Assembly: GCA_025594325.1 (NCBI GenBank)
Contig: JANHCV010000006.1
Coordinates: forward strand, 1,240,001-1,304,000
Direction of reading: 5' to 3'
DNA: 64,000 bases
DNA from: Blastocladiella emersonii ATCC 22665
Lineage: Eukaryota > Fungi > Blastocladiomycota
The notes below the pieces were generated by a model. That model was given only the letters and a program-made list of their open reading frames with translations, did no database searches and was not told where the DNA came from. How positions within the stretch are numbered: the first letter of the stretch is position 1; every line of letters starts with the position of its first letter. Shown in pieces: positions 34,445 through 45,997 of the stretch. The position numbers and the translations under genes were made by a program.

Positions 34445-36700
34445 ACCAGCCGTCGATTCCGCGCGCGTCAAGCTGCCCGAGCAGTTCGTCGAGTTCTACC
34501 TCGACGGGATCGTGTCCTCGCGCGAGGTTTCGCAGCTCACCAGCTTCGGCGTGACCAAGACGGTCCCAGTCGGCCGCGGCCTCCCGCAGGGCGGCGTCGA
34601 GTGCCCGCTCCTCTGGAACCTCGTCTACGACCCGCTCTTGTGCGCCCTCAAGAAGTGGACCGCCGGGCTCGAGATGTTCTTCGAGCTCCCCGCGGCGCAC
34701 CCTCGTTCTGCGACGCGGTCGTCGCGCCGCCACCGCCGCCCGTCTCGATGCGCGTGCACGCCTTCGCGTACGTCGACAACCTGACGCTCGTGACGCCATC
34801 GCTCGAGGCGCTCGGCGAGGGCGCGGCGATTGGGTCCGAGTTCAGCGCGCTTAACGGGCTGCTTGCTAACCCGAGCAAGAGTCTCGTGCTCCGTGCGGGT
34901 CGCACGCCCGCGGCTGCGCGGCCCCTGCGCTTTTCCGTGGGCGGCGAGGAGGTCCGTGTCCTCGGACCCAAGGAGCCCGCGCGCTTTCTCGGCGCGTGGT
35001 TCAGCGGCGACGGAAGCAACGCGCCCACGCTCGAGACGGTCACTCGCGAAGCACTCCTCGCACTCGCGGCCGTGGCGCCCCGCCACCTCACGGCTCGAGC
35101 CATCGTCTACGCCATCAACATGGTCATCATCCCGCGCGCGCTCTACCGCATGAAGGCCGCCGTCCCGCTCATCACGAGGCTCGAACAGCTCGACGCCAAG
35201 TTCCGCATGCTGGTGCGGCGGAAGCTCGGCGCTTCGGTCAACCTGCCGTCGGCCGCACTGCGCGCGCCTGCTGCTCTCGGTCTCCGCTCCATTGTCGACG
35301 CCGTGCTGGAACAGTCGGTAACCGAGTTCACGATCGGGCTCTCCTCGCCCGGCCTCGTCGGCGACACGTGCCGCGTCCTCGTTGCCCTGCTGCAGCAGGA
35401 GCAGTGGCTCCCCTCGAGTTGCCGACCGGCGAACGCACGCTCCCGTCTCGGCACCCTTGGGGCCGGCTCCCGTCGCTCACGTTCGACCGCGGCGTCTCGA
35501 TCCAGGACGAGCACGGCGAGTTTCGCTCGCAGCAGGGTTCGGTCCCGCTTGCTGCGCTCGACCCGTGGCCCACTCTCCAAGCGAGCCGCGAGAACATGCG
35601 ACACTGCGGCATCCTGTTCGCGCCGCAGTTTGTTTCGCCCGACGGCGCGCTCGTGACGCGGGCGACAGCTACGGTCACGTAGGGCGTCACGAGCCGTGGC
35701 CGCCCGCCTGGCTTGTTCGGACAGGTCACCGACATTTTGGGCACGGCGCTCGCAGCCTCGGACGCGCTCCGCATGCACGCTGGCGCTGGCGCGTTGGTGT
35801 GCGCGCGACCAGCTGGCCGCATCCGCAGGCGGGAGCCCGAGCCTGAGCCTGAGCCCGAGCCCGCCCTCGAATTTGTTTCCACGGCAGGCGTCACCTTTCT
35901 CGGGCGCAACATCATGGCTCCCGCCGCGGACTCGGCCGACGAGGTCTACTACGTCTTCCACGTCGTGAGCGGCGAGGACGGCGAGGTCGAGGACTGTACC
36001 GGCTGCGCCAACCTCGTATCGGTCCCTGATCGCTCCCCGGCGGGCATGCCGTGTGGCGGCCCGCCCTTCGCGACTAAGCTGCTCGGACCGTGTCTTCTCT
36101 TTGCTCGCCGCGCACTCCCTCCCGACACGCTCGCCCCAGTCGTCCGTGGTCCCGCGGCGCAGCTCGAGCAGCTTGCGTGCATCATGGACGAGGCCGCGGT
36201 ACCGGAGCCCGCTGGCTTCGCGCAGTCGGTTCTTTCGCTCGACCTCGCCGAGGACGCGCAGGGTATCGCGGGCGGCATCGTTTACACGGACGGGTCTCTT
36301 CGTGGCGCGGGTTTGCCAGACGTGGCGGCCGGCGCGGGTGTCTACGTGAGCGGTCGCTGGAGCTCGCTGTCCGCGTCCCTGACAGGAACCACTCGAGCTT
36401 CCGCTCCGAGCTGTGGGGCGCCCTCGCCGCCGCCGCGTCCGCTTGCCGCGGCGCCAAGCTCACCCTCACGCTCGACAACAAGGGCGTCGTCGACTCGGCC
36501 GTCAAGATGCTCTCGCCCTCTCCAAGGGTGCGTGTCCGCGCGACGTGCTCGCTCGAGTGGGCCGTACTCCGATGGATCATTGCGGCCCGCGAGCTCCGGG
36601 TCAGCTTCGAGTGGGTCCGCGGCCACGCCGGGAACTCGGGCAACGAGGAGGCCGACGCACCCAACAAGCAGGCCGCCGCCGCGCATCTACATTGAGGGTT
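34445..36700 (+). mobile_element. 5'-truncated, frameshifted non-LTR retrotransposon (LINE) with RT and RNase H domains
   Basis: RT: GRGLPQGGVECPLLWNLVYDPLL, FAYVDNLTLV (YxDD changed to YVDN), ARFLGAWF. RNase H: IVYTDGS, SFRSELWGAL, LDNKGV, WVRGHAGNSGNEEAD. Domains are split across frames. Confidence 0.9.
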
Positions 36701-37084
36701 GAGGGCGCCGCCGCCACGGATCGGAGCATGCCTCTTACGGTTCGCCACCACGGTTGAGACCTCAACTCGGACCTGCGACCCGCTCTCCGCCGCCTGCACG
36801 GCGCGCGACACGACTCGCCGCTCGCCCTGACCACGGCCGCTGGCGTCGCGCCAGCGCTCATCGACGTCCCAGCCCTCGCCACCGCGCTACAGGTTGGCCC
36901 GCGTCGCGCCCGCCCGAGCGAGTCCCTCGCTGCAAACTCGCTCCTGCGCTTCCAGCTCCGCGCGCTCGCGGGCCAGGTGCCGACCCGCGCTCACAAAATG
37001 TTGGACACGTTTGTTAGTGTCGGGGACTACGAAAGCTGCGCAAAACCGCAATATCAGAGTAATATCGGTGTGCTCGTGGCACCC

Positions 37085-37395
37085 TCGATGTCGATAAGTG
37101 TCGCCGATGGCCATGGTCATGGCCACGGCCTTGTTTTCCAGCATGGGCGCGCAGGTATTGACCACCGAGTTGCACCGCGTCTCGTCGTACTCGGAGCAAA
37201 ATAGAATTTTCTTGAGCAGCGTGACGTTCAATATAAACAGTTCTTGAGGCACGTACGCGATCGAGCCGCACATTGTGACAAGGCCGCCGAGTTTGCGTAT
37301 CTCGCCCAGGATCGCAGCCCGCACGCTTGCTCTCGCCCACACGGCCAACGAAGGCCGTCAACTTGCCGCTGAAAACAATGAATTTCCGAGCGCAA
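37085..37395 (-). pseudogene. Isolated ABCC/MRP transporter NBD1 fragment
   Basis: GKLTAFVGRVGESK (degenerate Walker A), frameshift, then AAILGEIRKLGGLVTMCGSIAYVPQELFILNVTLLKKILFCSEYDETRCNSVVNTCA (Q-loop region typical of ABCC NBD1). Confidence 0.8.
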
Positions 37396-37808
37396 ACTTG
37401 GGAGAGGGGCAGCCCAAGGTGAGTTGACCACGCTCCGGGATGTGGCGCATCGCGTCTCCGATCAAACGATGGGAGTGGCAGGCGTGGCTGCGGGCCAGGT
37501 GACCAAGCGGTCACGGAGCGTTACGTCACCGGGCCGAATTCGCGCCGATTTCAATGGGCCTGTGAAAAGCACACGCGTCATGCGGGTCGCTCGGCAACTT
37601 CGGCGCGGCGAGAGAGCGCGTTGCGATCGGCCGCGCGCCGCATCTTCGCACTCGGCGGTCCTCAAAGCGGTCGGTCGGTCTCACACTCTCCCTCTCCCCT
37701 CGCAATAGCGGTCTTGCACCCTCCACGTATCTCATTTTGAACGCACTGCGCGTCGTCGCAACCAACACTCGCTGCAACTGCACTCGGTTTCACGCACCAA
37801 CCAACACC

Positions 37809-39644
37809 ATGTCTCTGCGCACCTTCACCGTCGACGAGGTGGCGCGCCACAACACGGCGTCCGACGCGTGGATCATCGTCAAGGACCACGTCTACAACGT
37901 CACGGTGCGTGCGCGCTGCTGGGTCAGCCCGCTCGCGAGTCCTACGCTCACGCGGCCACGTCTCTCGTAGGACTTCCTCAACGTCCATCCCGGCGGCCGC
38001 AAGATCCTGCTCAAGCACATCGGCACCGACGCCACCAAGGTGTGGCTCAACTTCCACAACCCCATCATCCTCGAGACGGTCGGCAAGAAGTACCTCATCG
38101 GCGCCGTCGGCGAGGCGTCGGCCGCCGCCGAGGCCCCCGCCGCGTCGACCGCCGTCGCCACGCGCGACCAGCTGTACCCGATCCCGACCGACGTCGACGA
38201 GCTGCGCGCGCCCTTCGGCGACCAGATCCCCTACACGGACCCGGCCTGGTACCAGGACTTCCGCTCGCCTTACTACAAGGACAGCCACCGCCGCGTCCGC
38301 GCCTTCATGCGCGCCTTTGTCGAGAAGGAGATGATGCCCTTCTGCCACGAGTGGGACGAGAAGAAGCAGGTCGACCCCGAACTGTACATCAAGGCCGGCA
38401 AGGCCGGTATCCTGCAGGCTGTCGGCGGCCCGCTGTGCCCCGAGTTCTTCCCCGCACCGCTGCCCGGCAACGTGGACCCCAAGGAGTGGGATGTCTTCCA
38501 CGAGTTCATCGTCGCCGACGAGCTGTGCCGCACCGGCTCCGGCGGCGCCGTCTGGGCCCTGATCGGCGGCCACGGTATCGGCCTGCCCCCGCTCATCGCC
38601 TTCGGCTCTCCCGAGCTCAAGAAGAAGGTCATCCCTGGCTGCTACGCCGGCACCAAGAAGATCTGCCTCGCCGTGACCGAGCCCGAGGCCGGGTCCGACG
38701 TCGCCGGTCTCGTCACCACCGCCCGCCTCACGCCCGACGGCAAGCACTACATCCTCAACGGAACGTACGTACTTTTGCACGGCTTTTGTGGGTGACTCAC
38801 GTCGCGCGGGGTCGGTGACCTTGACTGGGGTCGGGGTCGTCGACCTCCCCCACCACCCCCACACCTCACTAACGTCTCCCTCAACATCGTGGACGCTGAT
38901 TCGAAAACGCTCAGGAAGAAATGGTCGACTACGTCAGTTTGGGCCGATTTCTTCACCGTGGCCTGCCGTACGGGCGGCGAGGGAATGGCCGGGATCTCGC
39001 TGCTGCTCGTCGAGCGGTCGATGCCCGGTGTCACGGTCCGCCGCATGCAGACCATGGGCATGTGGGCGTCGGGCACGGGCTACGTGACCTTCGAGGACGT
39101 CAAGGTGCCCGTCGAGAACATCATCGGCAAGGAGAACAAGGGCTTCAAGTACATCATGAACAACTTCAACCACGAGCGCATGGGCATCGTCATCCAGGCG
39201 ACGCGCTTCGCCCGGTGCTGCTTCGAGGACGCGCTCAAGCACGCCAACCGCCGCAAGACCTTCGGCAAGAAGCTCATCCAGCACGACGTGATCCGCAACA
39301 AGCTCGCCGTCATGGCCATGCGCATCGAGACGGTGCACGCGTGGATGGAGTCGCTCATGTACCAGTCGCAGCACATGAACGAGCAGGAGGCCATGATGCG
39401 CCTCGGCGGGCCGATCGCGCTGCTCAAGGCGGCCTCGACCCAGATGTTCGAGTACGTGGCGCGCGAGGCCGCGCAGATCTTCGGCGGTCTGTCGTACACG
39501 CGCGGCGGCCAGGCCGAGCGCGTCGAGCGCCTGTACCGCGAGGTGCGCGCGTACGCGATCCCCGGCGGCTCCGAGGAGATCATGCTCGACCTCGGCATGC
39601 GCCAGTCCATCAAGGTCGCGCAGATGCTCGGCGCCAAGCTGTGA
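37809..39644 (+). CDS. Acyl-CoA dehydrogenase with an N-terminal cytochrome b5 domain; introns 37905-37970 and 38765-38914
   Basis: FTVDEVARHN...WIIV...VYNVTDFLNVHPGG (cyt b5). ICLAVTEPEAGSDV, GISLLLVE, FEDVKVPVENIIGKENKGFKYIMNNFNHER and AIPGGSEEIM (ACAD). Confidence 0.93.
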
Positions 39645-40124
39645 GTCTCGTTGTTTCTCGTTGTCGTCGCGGAAGCGTGTTGCTTCCTCCTCTCTCCCCT
39701 GTCCTTGTCCACGGTTTCTCCCCGATACAATGGGAATCATTCTTCCAAACACTTCCGCAAGGTCTCCTCCGCTCCAGGGTGTGTGGCGCAACGCGACTCG
39801 TCTCATCGTCAGCCGCGATGTTGTTGAAGTCGATCATCACGCCGCCCTAAAAGGTCGCGACAGCGGTGAACTCGATAAGAACAGAGCGCGCTCGCTCATG
39901 GGCTGCTCGACAGATTGGCAACCATCTCGCTGTCAGCAGCATCCCATAGTTTTGATCGAAACTCGCTCAACGTGGTTCCTCGCAGTGCAACACGACGCGC
40001 GTCCGAACTGAGCTTGAGTCGAGCGGGGGACATAGATCAGAGGAAAAAACCCGATCGTGATATATATGATATAGTAATGTACTCATTGACATCGCGTGCC
40101 CTTCTACTGAGGCGTCACATCAGG

Positions 40125-40326
40125 ACTAACCCGAAAGGAACCGCCGTCCTCGCTTCCGGTCGCGGCGTCGAGGACCCCATCTTGTCGGTCCGAGCCAGCC
40201 AAAACAAACAAAACCCATCATCATCGAGACCTCGAGCGCGCCGCCGACCCACCCGAAAGGCACCGTACATCTCTTTGTCACAGGTGGGGTCAGACTACGA
40301 GGACCCTCCATCTTGTCGGTCCGAGC
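40125..40326 (+). repeat. Two-copy imperfect direct repeat (acccgaaagg.acc ... gaggaccc(tc)catcttgtcggtccgagc)
   Basis: ccgaaagg at 40131 and 40253; gaggaccc..catcttgtcggtccgagc at 40170 and 40299; spacers unrelated. Confidence 0.7.
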
Positions 40327-41793
40327 GACGATGCGGCGCGCGAGTCTTTGGAGCGGCACGGCACGCACGCGCGCGGGGCCATGGACCGTACGTACATGGT
40401 ACCACCCGCGCGCGCGCGGCCGGTAGTTGCGGAACGGGATGCGCACACGCGCACGCACACGCACACGCACACAAACGAGTGAGGTGCGAGCGGTGGTCAC
40501 TACACGCGAGGAAGCGTTAGTCGTGGGACACGAGAAGGAGCTCTCAGAGTCGGATCCGTACCGCTCATGCGCGAGCGCGATCGTGCCTAGTCTTGATCAG
40601 GCCGTCGTGGCGCTCGAGGATGATGATGATGACGACGCGCAAGAGCAGCCCTTGGTGATCATGATCTTGGAAATGCCGACCGTCGACGAGACCAGGCGCT
40701 CGAGGCCGACGAGGTGAGGCGCGGCGACTTGAAGGGCGGGAAGTGGCGCGCCGACTTGATGTGGTTGATCAGGTCGTCAATGAGCAGGAGCAGCAGCAGC
40801 GCGAGCGCGAGCGCGAGCACGAGTCGATCATGGCGAGGTACTTGGTGGTGACGATGCCGAAAGAGCTGCGGCCGAACGCTGATGTTGATGGCCGTGGTGG
40901 ACCGCGATCATGGCGACGAGGCGGTGCTGGTCGTGCTCCTTGTTCGAGCCTTGGTCCGTTGTAGCAAGTGAGGGTAGTGGTGATGGATCATGATCATGGT
41001 GATGAATAGTTGGTGAGGAAGGAGAGAGGAGGGTGGCGGGGACCCAGGCCGAGCTTTGTAACGGTTGGCCGAGCCCGACCGTGCGCGGCACTGGCATCAC
41101 AGGTGCGACGTGATACTTGATAAAACCGGTTCCCAGCCTCGGTTGTGCAAGCAAGCTGTCAGGCGCGTGCGCGAAACTGCCAAGAAATGGCCGCGAGGCA
41201 CAGGCGGGAGGCAAAACCACGCGAAACGCGCCAAACGCGTGGGACGAAACGCGTCTCGCATCGAGCACGTGAGTTTCAAGTGACTGATTCTTGCGTGATT
41301 TTGACTCCCTTCGCGACACGGCTGGCCATCTATACGCGTTTGGGGCACTGGCAGCGATCCCGAACCTCATCACCCTCACGCACGCGGCCATCTCGTTCGG
41401 CATCGTGGCGACGGTTGCGATGGTCGGCGTGGCCGTCGTCGAGGAAGCTTCAGTTTCGGGAGTGCTGTTCCTCGGCCTGCTACTCATCGTTTCGTTCAGG
41501 GAGCTGATCCCGGTCGGCACCATCACGGCCACGGCACGAGATATTGCCCAGTGGCCTCATCTTGCTTTGCGTGTAACGAAATGATGGGCAAATATCATTC
41601 TCGACTCCCGAATTACTGCTTAGCAAGTTCAAGCGTCCGTGTCCATCAGTCGTACGATCAATTGCTCGCTCTCGTGCACCCAGTGAGCACACCCTGCTCC
41701 CTCAACAAGGCCGAACGTTATAAACGAAAGCGATCGATCTATTCCTTACACAAAACTCGACACGATTGCCTCGTCACACAAAACTGGACACGC

Positions 41794-44700
41794 TCAGTAC
41801 GTCTCCGCGACCTTGGTCGGGCGCACGGGGATGCACTTGGCGGGGGCGGGCTTGGTCGGGGCCACGACGATGGGCGCGGGCACGTCCTTGCCGCCATTGG
41901 GCGGGTACCCGGCACCGTTCGTGGGCGCGGGAACCGGAGCCGCGGACGGGTAGCCGGGCTGTGCGGGAGCTGGGGCAGCGGTGGCGGTGGGCTTGGCGGC
42001 GTCAGTCGTGGACTTGGACGGCGCGCGCGTGTACGCGGGAGCCGTCGGGACCGCGGTCGCGGACGAGGACGCGGTCTGCGGCGGCACGACCGACGTGGGG
42101 ACCGTGGTGCCGCTCGGGACGGGGTAGGTGCCGCTGGGAACCGTGGTCGGGGCGGCGGTCGACGCGGGCGCGCTGGTGGTCGTGGTGCGGCGGCCGTACG
42201 GCGCCGAGGTCGACGACGTGATGGTGGCGGTCGAGGTGGACGAGACGGTACCGGTCTGCGACTGCGACTGCGTCGGCTCGACGGCGACGGTGGTGGTGGT
42301 GGTGGTGGTGCCAGAGGTCTTGGTCGGCTTGACGACGACCGTGGTGGTGCCGTACGTCGAGGTGGGCTCAACGGCGGTCGTAGTCGGCGTCGCGGTCGCG
42401 GTCGAGCTCGAGGCGGTCGCTGTGGGCGTGGGCTCGACAATGCGCGACGAGGACGTGGTCGAGACCGAGGGCTCGGCGATCGAGGACGAAGCGGTAGCAG
42501 TGGCCGTGCGAGTCGGCTCGACCACGGCGCTCGTAGTGGTGGCCGTCTGCGTGTACGTGGGCTCGACAACGACGCTGGTGTGCGGCAGCGTCTCCGTGGG
42601 CTCCACGGCCGAGGTCGAAGCCGAGGTGGTCGAGGTCGCCGACTGCGAGCGCGTGGGCTCAATGGACGAGGTCGAAACGGAAGCGGTAGCCGTGGTCGAG
42701 GCCGAGGTGGTCGAAGTGGCGGTCTGCGACTGCGAGGGCTCAGCGTACGACGACGAGGCCGTAGCCGTGGACGTGGGCTCCATGGGCTCCATGGCCGAAG
42801 CCGAGGTGGTCGAGGTCGCCGACTGCGAGCGCGTAGGCTCAATGGACGAGGTCGAAACGGAAGCGGTAGCCGTGGTGGAGGCCGAGGTGGTCGAAGTGGC
42901 CGACGACGTGACCGACTGCGTCAGCGTGGGCTCGATGGCCGACGTAGAAGCGGTGGAGGTCGCCGTGGGCTCGACGGACGAGGTCGTGATCGTCACGGTG
43001 ACGGTCTGACAGGGCTCGGCGTACGACGACGAGGCGGAGGTCGTGGGCGCGGGCTCAACGGCCGAAGTCGAGGAGGTCGTTGACGTGGCCGACTGCGACT
43101 GCGTGGGCTCGACGTACGACGACGAGGCGGTCGCCGTAGCCGTCGAGGTCGTGTCGGCAGCGGTCGTCGACGACGTGGCCGTCTGCGACTGCGTGGGCTC
43201 GACGTACGACGACGAGACGGTCGTTGTGACGGACGGCTCGGCGGCCGAGGTCGTCGTAGAGGCAGAAGTCGTCGAGGTCGCCGTGGCGGTCGGAGTCGGC
43301 TCCACGACGTCGGTGGTCTGGGTCAGCGTCTCCGTGGGCTCGATGTACGAGGACGACGCAGTCGCTGTCGCCGTCGGAGTCGTGTCGGCGGCGGTAGTCG
43401 TCGACGTAGCCGTCTGCGACTGCGAGGGCTCAACGGCCGAGGTGGTGGCGGTCACGGTCGCCGAGGGCTCAGAAGCCGACGTCGAGGTGGTGGCGGTCGC
43501 CGTGGGGGTGGGCTCCGCGGCGGAGGTCGAGTCGGACGCGGTTGTAGATGCCGTAGCGGTCTGCGACTGCGACGGCTCGACGACGACGCTCGTCTGCGTG
43601 TACGTGGGCTCGACGACGGTCGTGGACTGCGTCAGCGTCGACGAGGGCTCAGCGACCGAGGACGACGCGGTCGTGGTGGCCGTGGGCTCGACGACGGTCG
43701 TGGAAACGGTCGTGGTGGCGGTCGGCGTCGGCTCATGAGCGGAGGTGGTCACGGTGGCGGTCTGCGACTGCGTGGGCTCAGCGGCGGAGGTCGAGACGGT
43801 CTCGGTGGCCGTCAGCGTTGACGAGGGCTCGGCGGCCGAAGTGGACGCGGTCGACGTGACCGACTGCGACGGCTCAGCGGTCGAGACGGCCGTGGTCGTC
43901 GTCGCGGTCGCGGTCATCGTCGGCTCGACGATATCGGTCGTCTGCGTGGCCGTCTGGGTCGAGCTGGGCTCGGTGAGCGAAGTCGAGGCCGTGTGCGTCG
44001 TCGTGGCCGTCGGCGTAGGCTCGACAACGTCAGTGGTAGTAGAAGTGGTCGCGGGGGCCGACGTCGTTGAGACCAAGTCGGTCGTGGTCGTCGGCGGGGC
44101 GGGCTCGGCCGACGTGGTGCTGGCCGACGACGAGGTGCTGGACTGCGTCGGGATCGGCTGCGACGGCTCCGGATCGGCGGTGGTGGTCGTGGCGGCCGAC
44201 GACGAGGTCGAAATGGAGGACGAGGTGGTAGTGGAGGTGGTATCGGTCGCCGAGGTCGAGGAAACCGGCGCCGTCGTCGTCGGAACCGACGAGTCGGTGC
44301 TTGAGGACGCGGGCACCGAGGTGGTGGGAGGCTGTGTCGCCGACGAGGTCGGCTTGGGATCGGCAGTCGAGGTCGGGAGCGGGACCGTGGTGGTCGGCGC
44401 CAGCGACGTGGTGGTGACAGGCGGCTCGGGGTCCGCCGTCGAGGTCGGAATCGTCGTGGAGGTGGACGACGCCGAGGTCGAGGGCTCGGTCACGTAGGTC
44501 AACGTCGGGAGCGGCACCGAGGTCGTGGTCGTGGTCGTGGTCGCGGCCTGCGTAGTGGTCGAGGAAGGCTCGGGGTCAGCCGTGGACGTGGGGAGCGGCG
44601 CGCTGGTGGTCGAGGTGGGGACCTGCGTCGCCGACGAGGTCGGAACGGGCGCAGAGGTAGTGGGAACGGGTGCCGACGTGGTCGAGGGCAGCGGGTCGGC

Positions 44701-45997
44701 CGTGGTGGTCGGGAGCGGCGCCGACGACGACGTGGGAATCGGGGCAACCGTCGTCGACGTCGGAATGGGCGCCGACGTGGTCGGGACGGGCGCGGTGGTC
44801 GTGGGGACCTGAGTCGCGGACGTGGTGGGGATCGGGGCGACCGACGTCGTGGTCGGGACCGGGGCGGCGGTCGTCGTCGTGGAGGTGGTCTTGGACGACG
44901 AAGCGGACGACGAGAAAGAGGACGACGTACTAGTCGAGGTAGTGCTGGTCGTGCTCGAAGCGGACGTGGTAGTCGACGTGGTCGAGGCCGAGGAGGTAGT
45001 AGACGTCGACTTGGACGACGACGAGGACGAGGTAGTCGTGGTGCTGGTCGTGGTGAAAGTAGACGTAGGCTTGGCCGAGGTGGTGGTGGTGGAGATCGAC
45101 GACGTAGCGGTAGTCGAAGACGAGGTGGGCTTGGCCGAGGAGCTCGCCGTGGTTGAGCTAGTCGTGGTGGCAGTCGTAGTCGTACTAGTAGTCGCACTAG
45201 TAGGCTTGGCCGACGTCGTGGTGGTCGAGGTCGAGGTGGCCGTGGCGATCGTCGACGTGGGCTTGGCGGGCGGGCCGCCGAGCATGACCTCGAGGGCGCT
45301 GAGGACGTAGCTCTGGCGCGTAGTGCGGTCAGCGTTGAGGGCGTCCTTGCGGATGCACATGGCCTGGGCGTCGAGGAGGCCGAGGTCGGCGGTGGACGAG
45401 TCGTGCTTGTACTTATCCGAGTTGGCGCCGTTGGCGGCGCACTGCGAGCCCATGGCGCGCGAGGAGCCCGTGTTGAACCACCACGCGGCGACGCGGTACA
45501 TGTACTTGGCGTTGGTCATGAAGCCCTTGGCGATGAAGTCGGTGCGCGTGTAGTCGCCGAGCAGCGAGAACTTGATCCAGCCGTCGTCGAGGTACTCGAA
45601 GCCGTAGCGCCAGTGCGCCGAGGACTAGACGAACGATCGATAAATACGCGGCACGCGGTCAGCGAACGCGGGCATCGCACACCACCCCGTGAAGCAAACG
45701 TACGATGCGCAGCGGCGTCGCGGCGCCGTCCCAGGAGAAAGTGCGGAGCATGCCGGACTCGAAGCCCATCTGGCCGATCCAGGCGCCGAACCGCTTTGGC
45801 GAACAGAGCCCGTGCTCCTCGGCGGCCTCGAGGATGTAGTCGAAATGGTCGGGGTTGTTGCGGGTGCCAAAGTACGACTTGATGTACTTGTCGTAGCCCT
45901 TGCACGGCGACGGTGCGCGCGGGGAGAGAGGCGCGGCGGTCACGGTGGCCGCGAGGGCCGAGAGGACCGCGAGCAGGAGGATGGCGGCGTGGCGCAT
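41794..45997 (-). CDS. Secreted protein: GH19/lysozyme-like N-terminal domain + ~1,100-aa Ser/Thr-rich mucin-like stalk; intron 45625-45703
   Basis: Signal MRHAAILLLAVLSALAATVTA; CSPKRFGAWIGQMGFESG; after splicing ...YMYRVAAWWF...RTTRQSYVLSALEVM; then many S/T-rich VEPT units. Confidence 0.75.
42617..42900. repeat. Intragenic direct repeat, 104 nt x2, period 180 nt, 2 mismatches
   Basis: 42617-42720 vs 42797-42900, encoding the duplicated ATSTTSASTTATASVSTSSIEPTRSQSATSTTSAS. Confidence 0.9.

Noticed and set aside
40081-40140. Possible hammerhead ribozyme (ctgagg...gaaa)
   Set aside because: The CUGAUGA core is not present and I could not build the three stems.
40441-40472. (GCACAC)n microsatellite; also the CAG/ACG runs giving poly-Gln, poly-Thr and poly-Cys
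   Set aside because: Ordinary short tandem repeats without further structure.
43000-44500. Regularly recurring 'ggctcgac' units that could look like a CRISPR-type array
   Set aside because: They are the antisense of VEPT codons in the Ser/Thr stalk, variable in length and inside a CDS.
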